Source: Pseudomonadota bacterium (GTDB lineage: Bacteria > Pseudomonadota > Alphaproteobacteria > Micavibrionales > UBA2020). From it: 64,000 bases of DNA. The DNA is taken from the NCBI GenBank assembly GCA_021849295.1, contig JAJZTA010000006.1, positions 18,173 to 82,172 on the forward strand, in the 5' to 3' direction. The translations under genes and the position numbers were made by a program. Under the pieces are notes generated by a model, which saw nothing but the letters and a program-made list of their open reading frames with translations, had not been told where the DNA came from and searched no databases. Positions 11,398-21,229 of the stretch are shown one piece after another (the first letter of the stretch is position 1; every line of letters starts with the position of its first letter).

Positions 11398-12645
11398 ATG
11401 TATTGCGGGATTGATTTCGGCACCTCGAACTCGGCCATCGCCATCGCAAACGACGACGGCGTGCGCCTCGCGCCCGTGGAGAATGACGAAATCACCCTGC
11501 CGAGCGCGCTCTTCTATCCGCTCAAAAAACCGCCGGTCTACGGCCACGCCGCCATGACGCTCTTTACCGAGGGCGAGGAAGGCCGCTTCATGCGCAGCCT
11601 CAAACGCCTGCTCGGCACGCAACTGATGAACTATGGCACGCTGGTCAACAACACGCCGCGCAAGTTCGACGACATCATCGGCGGCTTTATCTCCTTCATG
11701 AAAAACAAGGGCGAGGCGCTGGCGGGCCAGCCCATCGAGCAGGCGGTGATCGGCCGCCCCGTGCATTTCGTCGACGGCGACCCCGGCGCGGACTATGCCG
11801 CGGAAGAGCAGCTGCGGCGCATCGCCGAGGCTGCGGGCTTCAAGCATGTCGCCTTCCAGTTCGAGCCGATCGCCGCGGCCTTCGCGCACGAAACGAAACT
11901 CGCATCGGAAAAACTCACCCTCGTCGTCGACGTCGGCGGCGGCACGTCGGACTTCACGGTCATCCACCTCGACCCTAAAACCGCGACCAAGCGGGAGCGC
12001 GCCGGCGACATTCTCGGCAACGCCGGCACGCGCATCGGCGGCAACGACTTTGACAAGAACCTCAGCATTCTCTCCGTCATGCCGCATCTCGGCTACAAGA
12101 CCGGCTACGGCGCGAAAAACCTGCCCGTGCCGCTCAGCTGGTTTCACGACATGTCCGAATGGTCGAAGATCAACTTTCTTTACACCAGCGCGATGAAGCG
12201 CGAGGTAAAAACGGTCTTGCGCGAGTCGCACGCGCCCGAAAAACTGCGCCGCTACAAAAAAGTTCTGGACGGCGAAACCGGACACCGCCTGCTCGACGCG
12301 ACCGAACGCGCCAAGATCGCCCTCACCGACGCGGACAGCGCAGCGGCGGACTTGGGCTTCATCGAGCCGGAGTTCAGCATCGACATGACGCGCAAGGACT
12401 TTGAAAGGGCCATCGCCGCCGACGTGGATAAAATCTCCGCCACGATGGACGAGTGCCTTGCCCTTTCCAACGTGCAAAAAGACCGAATCGAGCTGATCGT
12501 CCTCACCGGCGGGCCCACCGAAACACCATTATTAAAACGACTCATCAAAGAAAAATTCCCGGCCGCCGCGCTTTCGGAAGACGACAAGCTTTCCAGCGTC
12601 GCGCTGGGTCTGGGTCACGACAGCTTGCGCGCGTTCGCCGCTTAA
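11398..12645 (+). CDS. yegD: Hsp70-family protein (YegD-like)
   Basis: GIDFGTSNS, GRFMRSLK, GRPVHF, FEPIAAA, DVGGGTSDF; no substrate-binding domain. Confidence 0.85.
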   Translation: MYCGIDFGTSNSAIAIANDDGVRLAPVENDEITLPSALFYPLKKPPVYGHAAMTLFTEGEEGRFMRSLKRLLGTQLMNYGTLVNNTPRKFDDIIGGFISFMKNKGEALAGQPIEQAVIGRPVHFVDGDPGADYAAEEQLRRIAEAAGFKHVAFQFEPIAAAFAHETKLASEKLTLVVDVGGGTSDFTVIHLDPKTATKRERAGDILGNAGTRIGGNDFDKNLSILSVMPHLGYKTGYGAKNLPVPLSWFHDMSEWSKINFLYTSAMKREVKTVLRESHAPEKLRRYKKVLDGETGHRLLDATERAKIALTDADSAAADLGFIEPEFSIDMTRKDFERAIAADVDKISATMDECLALSNVQKDRIELIVLTGGPTETPLLKRLIKEKFPAAALSEDDKLSSVALGLGHDSLRAFAA

Positions 12646-14243
12646 AGCGTCAGCGCCGCCGCGCATTTTTGCAGGTTTTCGCGCAAGTCGGGCGATGCGC
12701 CCTTGTCCTGGTTTAACCGTGCCTGCACGACGCCCGCCGCATCCAGCCCCGCCGCGTACATCACGGCATGGCCGTTGTAATCCGCTTTATAGTCTTCCGT
12801 CGTCAGCGCGGCGCGGGCTTTTGCATCGTAGAGCCGCGCCAGAACTTCCACCGCCCTTGCGCGGCCCATCGCCGCCGCCGCGTGCAGGGGCGTCCAGCCG
12901 CTGGCGTTTTGCACGTCGATTTTCAAGCCCGCCGTTTTCAAATGCGCCTCGATCTCGTCGTCGTTCGACCATTTGGCGATATATTGCGCCAGCGTCGAGC
13001 CGTGCGAGCCGGAGGTTTCGTTCAAGGCTTTCGCGGTTTTGCCGGAGAGCCAGTGGATGGTCATCAATCTGCCCGCGACGGGCGAAGACGGCGCGGCGAT
13101 GTTGAAGGCCGTGTCGCCTTTCATGTCGGGCGCGTGCGGGTCCGCGCCCGCGGCCAGCAAGTCCGCCACGGTATCGGCAACATCGATCCCCTTCGCTTCC
13201 GCCGCGGCGGCGTAATGCAGCGCCGTCCAGCCGATGCGCGGCGCGGGCTCGACCGGCACGGCGCGCACCAGATCAATATCCTCCGCGCCGGTGACCAGCA
13301 TGACGAGGCGGTCGATGCCCAGCGCGTTGCCGCTGGCGGCGGGCATGCCCGCTTCCAATGCGGCGAGAAAATCTTCATCTATAGGATAATCCTGCCCGTA
13401 GATTTCTTTTCGTAAAGCGACATCGTGCAAAAAACGTTCGCGCTGCACCTTGGCATCCGTCAGTTCGCCGAAGGCGTTCGACAGCTCGACGCTGCAAATA
13501 TAGACCTCGAACCGTTCGGCAAAGCGCGGATCTTCCGGTTTCGGGCGCGAGAGCGCGGCCATCGAAACGGGGTAATCGCACAGGATGGTCGGCACCGGCG
13601 CGCCCAGGTGCGGCTCGACCTTGTCCATCAGAATTTTCAGCAGCGCGTTTTCCCAGTCGTCATGTTCGGACACGTAAACGCCGATGCGCGCCGCCTCGGA
13701 TTTGATGTGGGTCAAATTTCCGAGCTGTTGGGAAATATCCACAGACGCATATTTTTTCAACGCGTCCACCACGGTAATGATCTCCCATTCCGCATGCGGA
13801 TCGGAGGTTTTTCCGTTAAAAGTAATTTTGTTTGGCGCGACGGCGCGGATGATATCCACAGTTTCTCGCATCATCTCTTTGTAATCCATGCCCGCCTGAT
13901 ACCACTCGAGTAAACTGAAGGCCGGACTGTGCATCTTCGACGGCGTTTCATCGCGGAAGACCTGCGCGATCTGATAGATCTTCGGCAGCCCCGCGACGAG
14001 CAGTTTTTTCATCGCGAACTCGGGACTGGTATGCAGATAAAGACCGGGGTTGTGGATACTTTGTGCGGCGAACGCCTGTATGTGCGCTTCCATGCACGGC
14101 GCGGTTTGCAGCGCCGGCGTCTCGACTTCGAGATAGCCGCGCTTATCAAAGAACGCGCGCACCGCGGAAACGACTCGCGCGCGTTCTTTCAGATAAGAAA
14201 TCTTGCGTGCGTATTTTTCGGAATGCCACCAATTTTGTTTCAT
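12642..14243 (-). CDS. epmA: EF-P lysine aminoacylase EpmA fused to C-terminal ankyrin repeats
   Basis: YLHTSPEFAMKKLL, FRDE, AERFEVY, ELSNAFGELTD, GMPAASGNALGIDRL, then GWTALHYAA, GDTAFNIAA, GWTPLHAAA. Confidence 0.88.
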   Translation of the reverse strand: MKQNWWHSEKYARKISYLKERARVVSAVRAFFDKRGYLEVETPALQTAPCMEAHIQAFAAQSIHNPGLYLHTSPEFAMKKLLVAGLPKIYQIAQVFRDETPSKMHSPAFSLLEWYQAGMDYKEMMRETVDIIRAVAPNKITFNGKTSDPHAEWEIITVVDALKKYASVDISQQLGNLTHIKSEAARIGVYVSEHDDWENALLKILMDKVEPHLGAPVPTILCDYPVSMAALSRPKPEDPRFAERFEVYICSVELSNAFGELTDAKVQRERFLHDVALRKEIYGQDYPIDEDFLAALEAGMPAASGNALGIDRLVMLVTGAEDIDLVRAVPVEPAPRIGWTALHYAAAAEAKGIDVADTVADLLAAGADPHAPDMKGDTAFNIAAPSSPVAGRLMTIHWLSGKTAKALNETSGSHGSTLAQYIAKWSNDDEIEAHLKTAGLKIDVQNASGWTPLHAAAAMGRARAVEVLARLYDAKARAALTTEDYKADYNGHAVMYAAGLDAAGVVQARLNQDKGASPDLRENLQKCAAALTL

Positions 14244-14433
14244 GCGTTACCAATAGCATATATGGGGAAAATAAAAAGCCCGTGATGTTCCATAACGAGG
14301 AAATAAATTGCCAAAAAATCTCATTTTCTTGACAATTTCTTAACCACTTCCGTACTCTTATTGTTACTTACTTTCGCAGATCTCTTTGGAAATATTTCTC
14401 GTCTAACACAAAAAGCTACAGGGGGTTACTGTC

Positions 14434-15561
14434 ATGCAAGCTTCAATGTCTTCGTCTTCGTCTTCGTCTTCGTCTTCGTCTTCGTCTTCGTCTTCGTCTT
14501 CGTCTTCTCCTTCGCCCAAGAACAATAAAACGCTGAGCGAACTTTTCAACCAATTCGCCGAGGACGCGGTCGAACGTTTCCCGCATCTTAAAGGCCAATT
14601 GCTGGTCGTCAATATGGACGAGAAAAAAATCTACGCCAAGGACATCGACAAGCAGAAGACCGGCCTCGACAAGCAGACGGCCGTCGACTATATCAGCAAC
14701 CACCCTCTGACAAAGGCGATGGAGCAGGACAAGGGGATGTCCTCGGCTGCCACGCGCGACGACAAGCACAATCTGAAGCTGGTTTTCATGAATGAATCCG
14801 TCGCTCCGGCGGAGCGCGACAATCTTTCCAAGGAAACGGAACAGCACCTGCTTTATGTCATGGACCACGAACTGGCGCACACCGCCATCAAGGACGGCTT
14901 CTCCAAGGACGTCAAGTCGGCCTATGACTATAATATCCTGCTGGGCGAATCCGTCGCCGACGCCTACGCGCAAATCCGCCACTACCAGCGCTTCGGGGTG
15001 GACGACTACGCGCACAACAAATACGTCAGCCCGGCGGGCCGTGCCGAGAACTTCGTCCTCGGCGGCGACTCCGTCCACTTTACGTCTTTCGTCCTCGACG
15101 CCATCAACAAGCAAAAGGACAAGATCGACTTTGCCGCGCTCACCCCGCAGCAGACGGCCGATCTCGCCCGCCGCTTCGCGCTGGAATACATGCCGCCGAA
15201 GCGCGTGGTGCAGGACCTTGCCTATGACTTCGCGCCGGTGCGCAACGCCTTCCGCAGGAGCATGGACGACGGCTTCAAGGCGCTGGTCGACAAGACGCTC
15301 GATCCAAAGGCCGACTACTACACCTTCAAGTTCGGCAGCCTGTGGCTGAGCGGCATGCTCGAAACCGGCAAGCATCCGGACGGCCGCCCGATCAACCTGC
15401 CCAAGCAATATCTCGACGACGTGAAGGTCAAGCTGACGGCCCGCGAAGCGAAGTTCGAAAAGGACGGACTGCTCTTCGACATGCCGACGGTCGGCAAGCC
15501 GAAACCGCCGTCTGCCGGCAACAACGTGGTCAAGTTCAACGGCTTCGGCAGAGCCGCCTAA
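14434..15561 (+). CDS. Hypothetical protein with HExxH motif and poly-Ser N-terminus
   Basis: DHELAH...GESVADAYAQIRHYQRFG; host-like codon usage; terminator follows. Confidence 0.75.
   Translation: MQASMSSSSSSSSSSSSSSSSSSSSPSPKNNKTLSELFNQFAEDAVERFPHLKGQLLVVNMDEKKIYAKDIDKQKTGLDKQTAVDYISNHPLTKAMEQDKGMSSAATRDDKHNLKLVFMNESVAPAERDNLSKETEQHLLYVMDHELAHTAIKDGFSKDVKSAYDYNILLGESVADAYAQIRHYQRFGVDDYAHNKYVSPAGRAENFVLGGDSVHFTSFVLDAINKQKDKIDFAALTPQQTADLARRFALEYMPPKRVVQDLAYDFAPVRNAFRRSMDDGFKALVDKTLDPKADYYTFKFGSLWLSGMLETGKHPDGRPINLPKQYLDDVKVKLTAREAKFEKDGLLFDMPTVGKPKPPSAGNNVVKFNGFGRAA
14449..14502 (+). repeat. (TCTTCG)9 microsatellite encoding a Ser tract
   Basis: Nine perfect hexamer units followed by TCTTCT, giving 20 Ser in total. 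Confidence 0.97.
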
Positions 15562-15581
15562 ACAAGACCGCCTTACAAATC

Positions 15582-15615
15582 AAAAAGCCCGGCTTTCAAC
15601 AGCCGGGCTTTTTTT
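15582..15615 (+). terminator. Intrinsic terminator
   Basis: AAAAAGCCCGGCT-TTCAAC-AGCCGGGCTTTTTTT. Confidence 0.85.
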
Positions 15616-15701
15616 ATGCGTCATACAAGCCTTTGTTTTCAAAAAGTTGGTATTTTCTTAATAATTTTCATATAGCATATAGACGGGAGTATATATATGT
15701 G

Positions 15702-16742
15702 ATGCAGAACAACGCCGCCCTGCCGGAAAAAACCGAAACGCTCAGCGCGCTCTTCAACGGGTTCGTCAAGGAGTCTGGCGCGCGCTTTCCCGCGCTCGAG
15801 GGGCGCATTCTGCTGATGGACGTCGCCGATTATAAAGTCTACGGCCTTTACGGCCTCGACCGCGACAAGATCAAGGCGAGCGACGCGCAGCTGCTCGCCC
15901 ATCTCGGCGCGCACCCGCTCTCGGTCTATCTGCGCAAACATCCGGAAGAAAGCTCGCGCGCCAGCTATGATCCGTGGAGCGGAGCCGCCATCATCTTCTT
16001 CAACGACAAGATCGACCCCGAGGTCGCCAAGATCGCCGCAGAAAAAGCCAGGGAGCGCACGCTGCATCTGCTCGACCACGAACTCGGCCATCTCGGCATC
16101 GAGGACGGCATGTACGACAATCCGCAATCGCCGCAAGGCCTGCTGGGCGAGAACATCGCCGACGCCTACGCGCTGCTCCGCCATTACCAGCGCTTCGGCA
16201 CCAACAAGGAATGCTGCGACAAATACGTCAGCCCCTTCGCGCGCGCCAGCAGCCTGATTTTCTCCGGCGACGCCACGCATTTCACCACCTTCACGCTACA
16301 GGCCGTCAGCAACGCCCGCAACGCGCTCAAGCTCGACACTGTCGACGCCGCCACCACCGCGCGCATGGCCCGCTCTTATGCGCAGTTCTTCACCCCCAAG
16401 CCGGAAACGGTGAAAAAACTCAAAGCGGCCTTCAAGCCGGTGAAAGACGCGTGGGAGAAAGACCGCGAGGCAGGCATTGAAGAGCTGATCAAGGTCACGC
16501 TCGACCCCGCCAGCGACAGGGACGTCTTCCGCACCGGCGAAACATGGCTGCGCCCTTACCTCAAAGGCAGCGTCACCTTCCCCGACGGCACGACGCCGCA
16601 GCTCAGCTGGTTCGAGGCCAGAACGCTGGAGCGCAAACTGGACGAACGCATGTACGGCCTCGCCCGCACCGCGAAGGCGGCGCGCAAACAGGAGCCGCAC
16701 CGCCCTGCCCGCCCGGCCCTCCGCCGGCCGTTCACCCCTTAA
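15702..16742 (+). CDS. Hypothetical HExxH protein, paralog of 14434-15561
   Basis: TLSALFN, DHELGH, LGENIADAYALLRHYQRFG, KYVSP, GDATHFT, TLDP shared with the upstream gene; start moved to ATG 15702 after GGGAG. Confidence 0.75.
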   Translation: MQNNAALPEKTETLSALFNGFVKESGARFPALEGRILLMDVADYKVYGLYGLDRDKIKASDAQLLAHLGAHPLSVYLRKHPEESSRASYDPWSGAAIIFFNDKIDPEVAKIAAEKARERTLHLLDHELGHLGIEDGMYDNPQSPQGLLGENIADAYALLRHYQRFGTNKECCDKYVSPFARASSLIFSGDATHFTTFTLQAVSNARNALKLDTVDAATTARMARSYAQFFTPKPETVKKLKAAFKPVKDAWEKDREAGIEELIKVTLDPASDRDVFRTGETWLRPYLKGSVTFPDGTTPQLSWFEARTLERKLDERMYGLARTAKAARKQEPHRPARPALRRPFTP

Positions 16743-16843
16743 AGCCTGCCGCGCATTTTTTGCCCCGCGCCCGCAGATCCCGCTTCTGACATGCTATTTT
16801 ATTGGATTATGTAAATATATATCCCATATTTCCTGCAAATTCC

Positions 16844-16873
16844 TTGACTCAGCCCCCGCAACCCATATATATA
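16844..16873 (+). promoter_or_regulatory. Sigma70-like promoter of ffh
   Basis: CTTGACT followed 16-18 nt later by TATATA. Confidence 0.5.
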
Positions 16874-16932
16874 TAGGCCACGTTTTGGACGAAGCCAAAC
16901 CTCCGCCTTTTGGGAAGTTTCAGCGCTCCGCG

Positions 16933-16972
16933 TCCCCCGGTCGGCGAAGATACGCTCACCGGGGTCAAAAGA
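16933..16972 (+). ncRNA. Alphaproteobacterial ffh leader motif
   Basis: CCCCGGT..GCG-loop-CGC..ACCGGGG-TCAAAAG hairpin just upstream of ffh, resembling the known alpha ffh 5' RNA motif. Confidence 0.6.
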
Positions 16973-16995
16973 CTATGTGTATATGAGGTACGAAG

Positions 16996-18444
16996 ATGTT
17001 TGAAAACCTGACCGGAAAACTCGGCAACGTCCTCGACGGCTTAAAGAAGCGCGGCGCGCTGAAGGAGGAAGACGTCCTCCTCGCCCTGCGCGACATCCGC
17101 ACGGCGCTGCTCGAGGCCGACGTCGCCCTGCCGGTGGTCAAGGACTTCATCGACAAGGTCCGCGCCGAAGCGATCGGCGAAAAAGTTTTGCGCTCGATCA
17201 CCCCCGGCCAGCAGGTCGTCAAGATCGTTCACGACGTGCTGGTCGAAACCCTCGGCCATGAAAATTCCGAGCTTAACCTCGCGACCCAGCCGCCCGCCGT
17301 CATCCTGATGGCCGGTCTGCAGGGCTCGGGCAAGACCACCAGCGCGGGAAAACTCGGCAAGTTCCTGCAGGACAAGCAGCGCAAGAAAGTCATGCTCGCC
17401 TCGCTCGACGTTTACCGTCCGGCGGCGCAGGAGCAACTCGAAATTCTCGGCAAGCAGATCCACGTTTCCACGCTGCCGATCGTCGCGGGCGAAAAGCCGC
17501 TCGACATCACCAAACGCGCGCTCAAGGCCGCGAAGGTCGAAGGCTACGACGTGCTGATCCTCGACAGCGCGGGCCGTTTGTCCATCGACGACGCGCTGAT
17601 GAACGAACTCATCGCGGTGCGCGATCTCGCCAGGCCGATCGAAACCCTGCTCGTCACCGACTCACTCACGGGTCAGGACGCGGTCGTCACGGCGGAGAAC
17701 TTCAACACCCGCGTCGGCGTCACCGGCATCATCCTCACCCGCATAGATGGTGATGCAAGAGGGGGCGCCGCCCTTTCGATGCGCGCCGTCACCGGCCAGC
17801 CGATCAAGTTCCTCGGCACCGGCGAGCAGATGGACGCCCTGCAAGCCTTCGATGCCCAGCGCATCGCGGGCAGAATCCTCGACATGGGCGACATCGTCAG
17901 CCTCGTCGAAAAAGCGAGCGAGAACATCAAGCTCGAAGACGCCAAAAAGGCCGCGGAAAAACTCGCCAAGGGCAACTTCGACCTCGACGATTATCTCCAG
18001 CAATTGCGCCAGATGCAGAAGATGGGAGGGCTTTCCGGCCTGATGGGCATGCTGCCCGGCGTCGGCAAGATCAAGAACGCCATGGCGGGCGCGGACCTCG
18101 ACGACGGCATTCTGAAGAAGCACGAAGCCATCATCCTCTCGATGACAATCAAGGAGCGCGCCAAGCCCGAGCTGCTCAACGCCTCGCGCCGCAAGCGCAT
18201 CGCCGCCGGTTCCGGCACCACGGTGCAGCAGGTCAATCAGGTCATCAAGCAGTTTCAGGACATGCAGACCATGATGAAACGCATGAAGAAGCTCGGCGGC
18301 AAGGGCATGATGCGCAGCCTTTCCGGCATGCTCGGCGGCGCCCAAGGAAACAATATGATGGGCGAGATGGAGGAAATGGCCAAGAACATGCAGGCCTCGG
18401 GGGGCCACGGCATCCTCGGCCCCAATCCCTTCGCGGAGAAATGA
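16996..18444 (+). CDS. ffh: Signal recognition particle protein
   Basis: GLQGSGKTT, DVYRPAA, DSAGR, DGDARGGAALS, Met-rich M domain, SRRKRIAAGSG. Confidence 0.98.
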   Translation: MFENLTGKLGNVLDGLKKRGALKEEDVLLALRDIRTALLEADVALPVVKDFIDKVRAEAIGEKVLRSITPGQQVVKIVHDVLVETLGHENSELNLATQPPAVILMAGLQGSGKTTSAGKLGKFLQDKQRKKVMLASLDVYRPAAQEQLEILGKQIHVSTLPIVAGEKPLDITKRALKAAKVEGYDVLILDSAGRLSIDDALMNELIAVRDLARPIETLLVTDSLTGQDAVVTAENFNTRVGVTGIILTRIDGDARGGAALSMRAVTGQPIKFLGTGEQMDALQAFDAQRIAGRILDMGDIVSLVEKASENIKLEDAKKAAEKLAKGNFDLDDYLQQLRQMQKMGGLSGLMGMLPGVGKIKNAMAGADLDDGILKKHEAIILSMTIKERAKPELLNASRRKRIAAGSGTTVQQVNQVIKQFQDMQTMMKRMKKLGGKGMMRSLSGMLGGAQGNNMMGEMEEMAKNMQASGGHGILGPNPFAEK

Positions 18445-18525
18445 AACGGAATTTGAGACGGGACGGTTGCAGTCTCATAACAATTTATTAATCGCAGCCA
18501 CTAAAGAAAGAACGGAGAAACCAAA

Positions 18526-18900
18526 ATGTTGAAAATACGTATGGCCCGCTGGGGCGCCAAGAACAACCCTTATTACCACATCGTCGTCGCGGAAAGCCGC
18601 TCGGCGCGTGACGGCCGCTTCATCGAGCAGATCGGCACCTACGACCCGAAACTGCCGAAAGACCACGCCGACCGCGTGCGCCTGAACGCCGAACGCGCCA
18701 AGTACTGGCTCTCGAAGGGCGCGCAGGCATCCGACCGCGTGGCGATTTTCCTCGGCAAGGCCGGCATCGCCGAAATGCCCGCACGCAAGAACAACCCGAA
18801 GAAGGCCGTCGCCAAAGCGAAGATGACCGAGCGCACGAAAGCGCGCGCCGAAAAGGCCGCCGCCGCGAACGCGCCTGCCGAAGCCGCCGCGGAAGGTTAA
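18526..18900 (+). CDS. rpsP: 30S ribosomal protein S16
   Basis: [34 protein letters not shown]. Confidence 0.97.
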   Translation: MLKIRMARWGAKNNPYYHIVVAESRSARDGRFIEQIGTYDPKLPKDHADRVRLNAERAKYWLSKGAQASDRVAIFLGKAGIAEMPARKNNPKKAVAKAKMTERTKARAEKAAAANAPAEAAAEG

Positions 18901-18909
18901 TCACCACCT

Positions 18910-19437
18910 GTGCAAAGCAAAGAGGCCGTATCCGCCCGTCTTGTCTGCATGGCCGAAATCGTCGGCGTGCACGGCGTGCGCGGCGCGCTGAAGATGAAAG
19001 TCTTCAGCAGCGACCCTGAAAGACTGGCGGACTACGCGCCTCTTTGCGATGCTTCCGGGCACCCCGCCTTCACCCTCACCTCGCTGCAGCCGCACGGCAC
19101 CATCTTCCTCGCCACGCTCGAGGGCGTCGAAGACCGCACGGCGGCGGAAAAATTGCGCGGCACGAAGCTTTACGTTCCGCGCGAGCGCCTGCCCGACATC
19201 GAGGACGAACAAACCTATTATCATATTGATCTCATCGGCCTTGGCGTGAAAGACGAACAGGGCGAAGACCTCGGCAAGATCATCAACGTCGTCAACTTCG
19301 GCGGCGGGGATTTGCTGGAGATCAAGCCGCCGAAAGGCGCGAGCTACTATCTTCCTTTCACAAAAGCCAACGTGCCGCACGTCGACCTCGGGCAAAAAGA
19401 GGCGACGGTGATCATTCCGCCCGGATTGCTGGATTAG
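18910..19437 (+). CDS. rimM: Ribosome maturation factor RimM
   Basis: HGVRGALK, DRTAAEKLRG, YYHIDLIG, NFGGGDLLEI; follows rpsP; exact start uncertain. Confidence 0.93.
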   Translation: MQSKEAVSARLVCMAEIVGVHGVRGALKMKVFSSDPERLADYAPLCDASGHPAFTLTSLQPHGTIFLATLEGVEDRTAAEKLRGTKLYVPRERLPDIEDEQTYYHIDLIGLGVKDEQGEDLGKIINVVNFGGGDLLEIKPPKGASYYLPFTKANVPHVDLGQKEATVIIPPGLLD

Positions 19438-19447
19438 AATTGCGGGA

Positions 19448-20362
19448 TCAAGCAGGCCCCGCTGCCGCAGACAGATTGCGCACGCCAGTGATGACCGCCT
19501 TAACATCTCTCGCAGCCGGTTTTTCGCTCCCGGGGTTAAAACGCGCGCGCGCCGTCTTGTCGCCGTACATCTCGACCAGACTGACATAGAGTTCCGGCAG
19601 GGTTTCCTCCCAGAACTTCTGCTTCGCCGGCGCGGAGAGAACGTCGTAAAAATACTGGATGCCGTGGTCCGCGCCGTGATCGACTTCCACGGGCTTTTTG
19701 AAATCCTTGAGCGACGGGTCGACGGCGGTCTGCCAGTTGAGCAGCGCGGCGACTTTGACCGGCGGCGCGAAGCCGAAGCAGCTGAAGGCCATCCACAGCT
19801 CCTCGCGGTTTTGCGGCAGGCGGCCCCATTGCTGGTAGCCCTCGGCCATCAGCTGGTGCAGGCGCGCCTGCACCTCGACGCCTTTGGCGTAGTACTTGGC
19901 GTATTTGACGGCGTTTCTTTTCGCCCTGGCGTTGAAGCTTTTGCGCAAGTGCCCCTTTTCGGGAACCGTCCTGTCGAATTCTTTCAGCTTGTCGACAGTG
20001 CGGTTGACGCGCGTGGCATAGCCGGTCGCGCCCTGCAGCAGGTGCGTGGCTTCGTGCCCGACGACGGTGTTGAGCCGCGCGCGGCGCGCGCGCATGCGCC
20101 CGAAGTCTTCCAGCTTTTCGTTGATGAAGATGTTTTTGCCGTACATGTAAACCATGCCTGCATATTCCATGTCGCCGACCTTCGCGTCTTCCTTGTTGAC
20201 CACGACGATCTTGACCTCGCGCTCGTGCGTCACGGCGGGGTCGACCGCGAGCCCTTTCGGCGGCCATACGCCGTAAGACGAAGCGAGGATTTCTTTGATG
20301 CTGGCGCGCCCTTGCTCCAGCAGCTTGTTCGCCATTTTTTCGCGGCGGCTGTGCTGTGCCAT
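19448..20362 (-). CDS. Hypothetical protein with HExxH (HEATH) motif
   Basis: VVGHEATHLLQ...EVQARL; GGAGA RBS before ATG 20362; host-like codon usage. Confidence 0.7.
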   Translation of the reverse strand: MAQHSRREKMANKLLEQGRASIKEILASSYGVWPPKGLAVDPAVTHEREVKIVVVNKEDAKVGDMEYAGMVYMYGKNIFINEKLEDFGRMRARRARLNTVVGHEATHLLQGATGYATRVNRTVDKLKEFDRTVPEKGHLRKSFNARAKRNAVKYAKYYAKGVEVQARLHQLMAEGYQQWGRLPQNREELWMAFSCFGFAPPVKVAALLNWQTAVDPSLKDFKKPVEVDHGADHGIQYFYDVLSAPAKQKFWEETLPELYVSLVEMYGDKTARARFNPGSEKPAARDVKAVITGVRNLSAAAGPA

Positions 20363-20512
20363 GATTGTCTCCTTGGGAAATATGGCTAAATGTTTAACAT
20401 AACCATGTAATAAAAACAAGCGGAAAATACGTAAAAAACAGTCCGGTATGGCAAAGGCCCGCCGCAGGAAAAAACGGTTTGACGAAAGCTGAGGGTATGT
20501 CACTGTAATCGC

Positions 20513-21229
20513 ATGACAATCCAATCGGCATTGCGCGTCAAAATCTTTACCCTGTTCCCCGAGATGTTTCCGGGCTTTTTGGGACAGAGCCTCTCCGGCA
20601 AAGCGCTGGAAAAGGGGCTGTGGGCGCTCGAGACCGTTCAGCTGCGCGACTTCGCCACCGACAACCACAAAACCGTGGACGACACGCCCTGCGGCGGCGG
20701 CGCGGGCATGGTGATGAAGCCGGATCTGCTCGATCGCGCGCTCTCCGCGCACCAGCCGTTAGGCCGCTTCATTTACATGACGCCGCGCGGCAAACCTCTG
20801 ACGCAAAAACTGGCGCATGAGTTGGCGCAGGAGCAAAACCTATCCATCCTCTGCGGGCGCTACGAGGGCGTGGACCAGAGATTGCTGGAAGCTTACGACG
20901 CCGAAGAGATTTGCATCGGCGATTACGTCCTTTCCGGCGGCGAACCCGCGGCGATGATCATGCTCGACGCCATCATCCGCCTTTTGCCGGACGTGATCGG
21001 CAACGCCGGAACGCACGACGAGGAAAGCTTCGAGAACGGCCTGCTCGAATATCCGCACTACACCCGCCCCGCCGTCTGGACGGGGCCGGACGGCGTGGAG
21101 CGCCCCGTGCCCGACGTGCTGATGGGCGGCCACCACGCCAACATCGCCAAATGGCGGCAGGAACAATCGGAGGCGATCACCAAGGAGCGCCGCCCCGACT
21201 TGTGGGACAAATTCAAAAAGAAAGACTGA
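20513..21229 (+). CDS. trmD: tRNA (guanine-N1)-methyltransferase
   Basis: [51 protein letters not shown]. Confidence 0.97.
   Translation: MTIQSALRVKIFTLFPEMFPGFLGQSLSGKALEKGLWALETVQLRDFATDNHKTVDDTPCGGGAGMVMKPDLLDRALSAHQPLGRFIYMTPRGKPLTQKLAHELAQEQNLSILCGRYEGVDQRLLEAYDAEEICIGDYVLSGGEPAAMIMLDAIIRLLPDVIGNAGTHDEESFENGLLEYPHYTRPAVWTGPDGVERPVPDVLMGGHHANIAKWRQEQSEAITKERRPDLWDKFKKKD

Noticed and set aside
8775..14243. DHS-like protein and EpmA acting together on EF-P
   Set aside because: The DHS-like gene sits with polyamine genes, epmA is on the other strand, and efp is absent; proximity alone is insufficient
14403..14612. Minus-strand ORF with an (ED)n tract
   Set aside because: Reverse reading of the TCTTCG microsatellite
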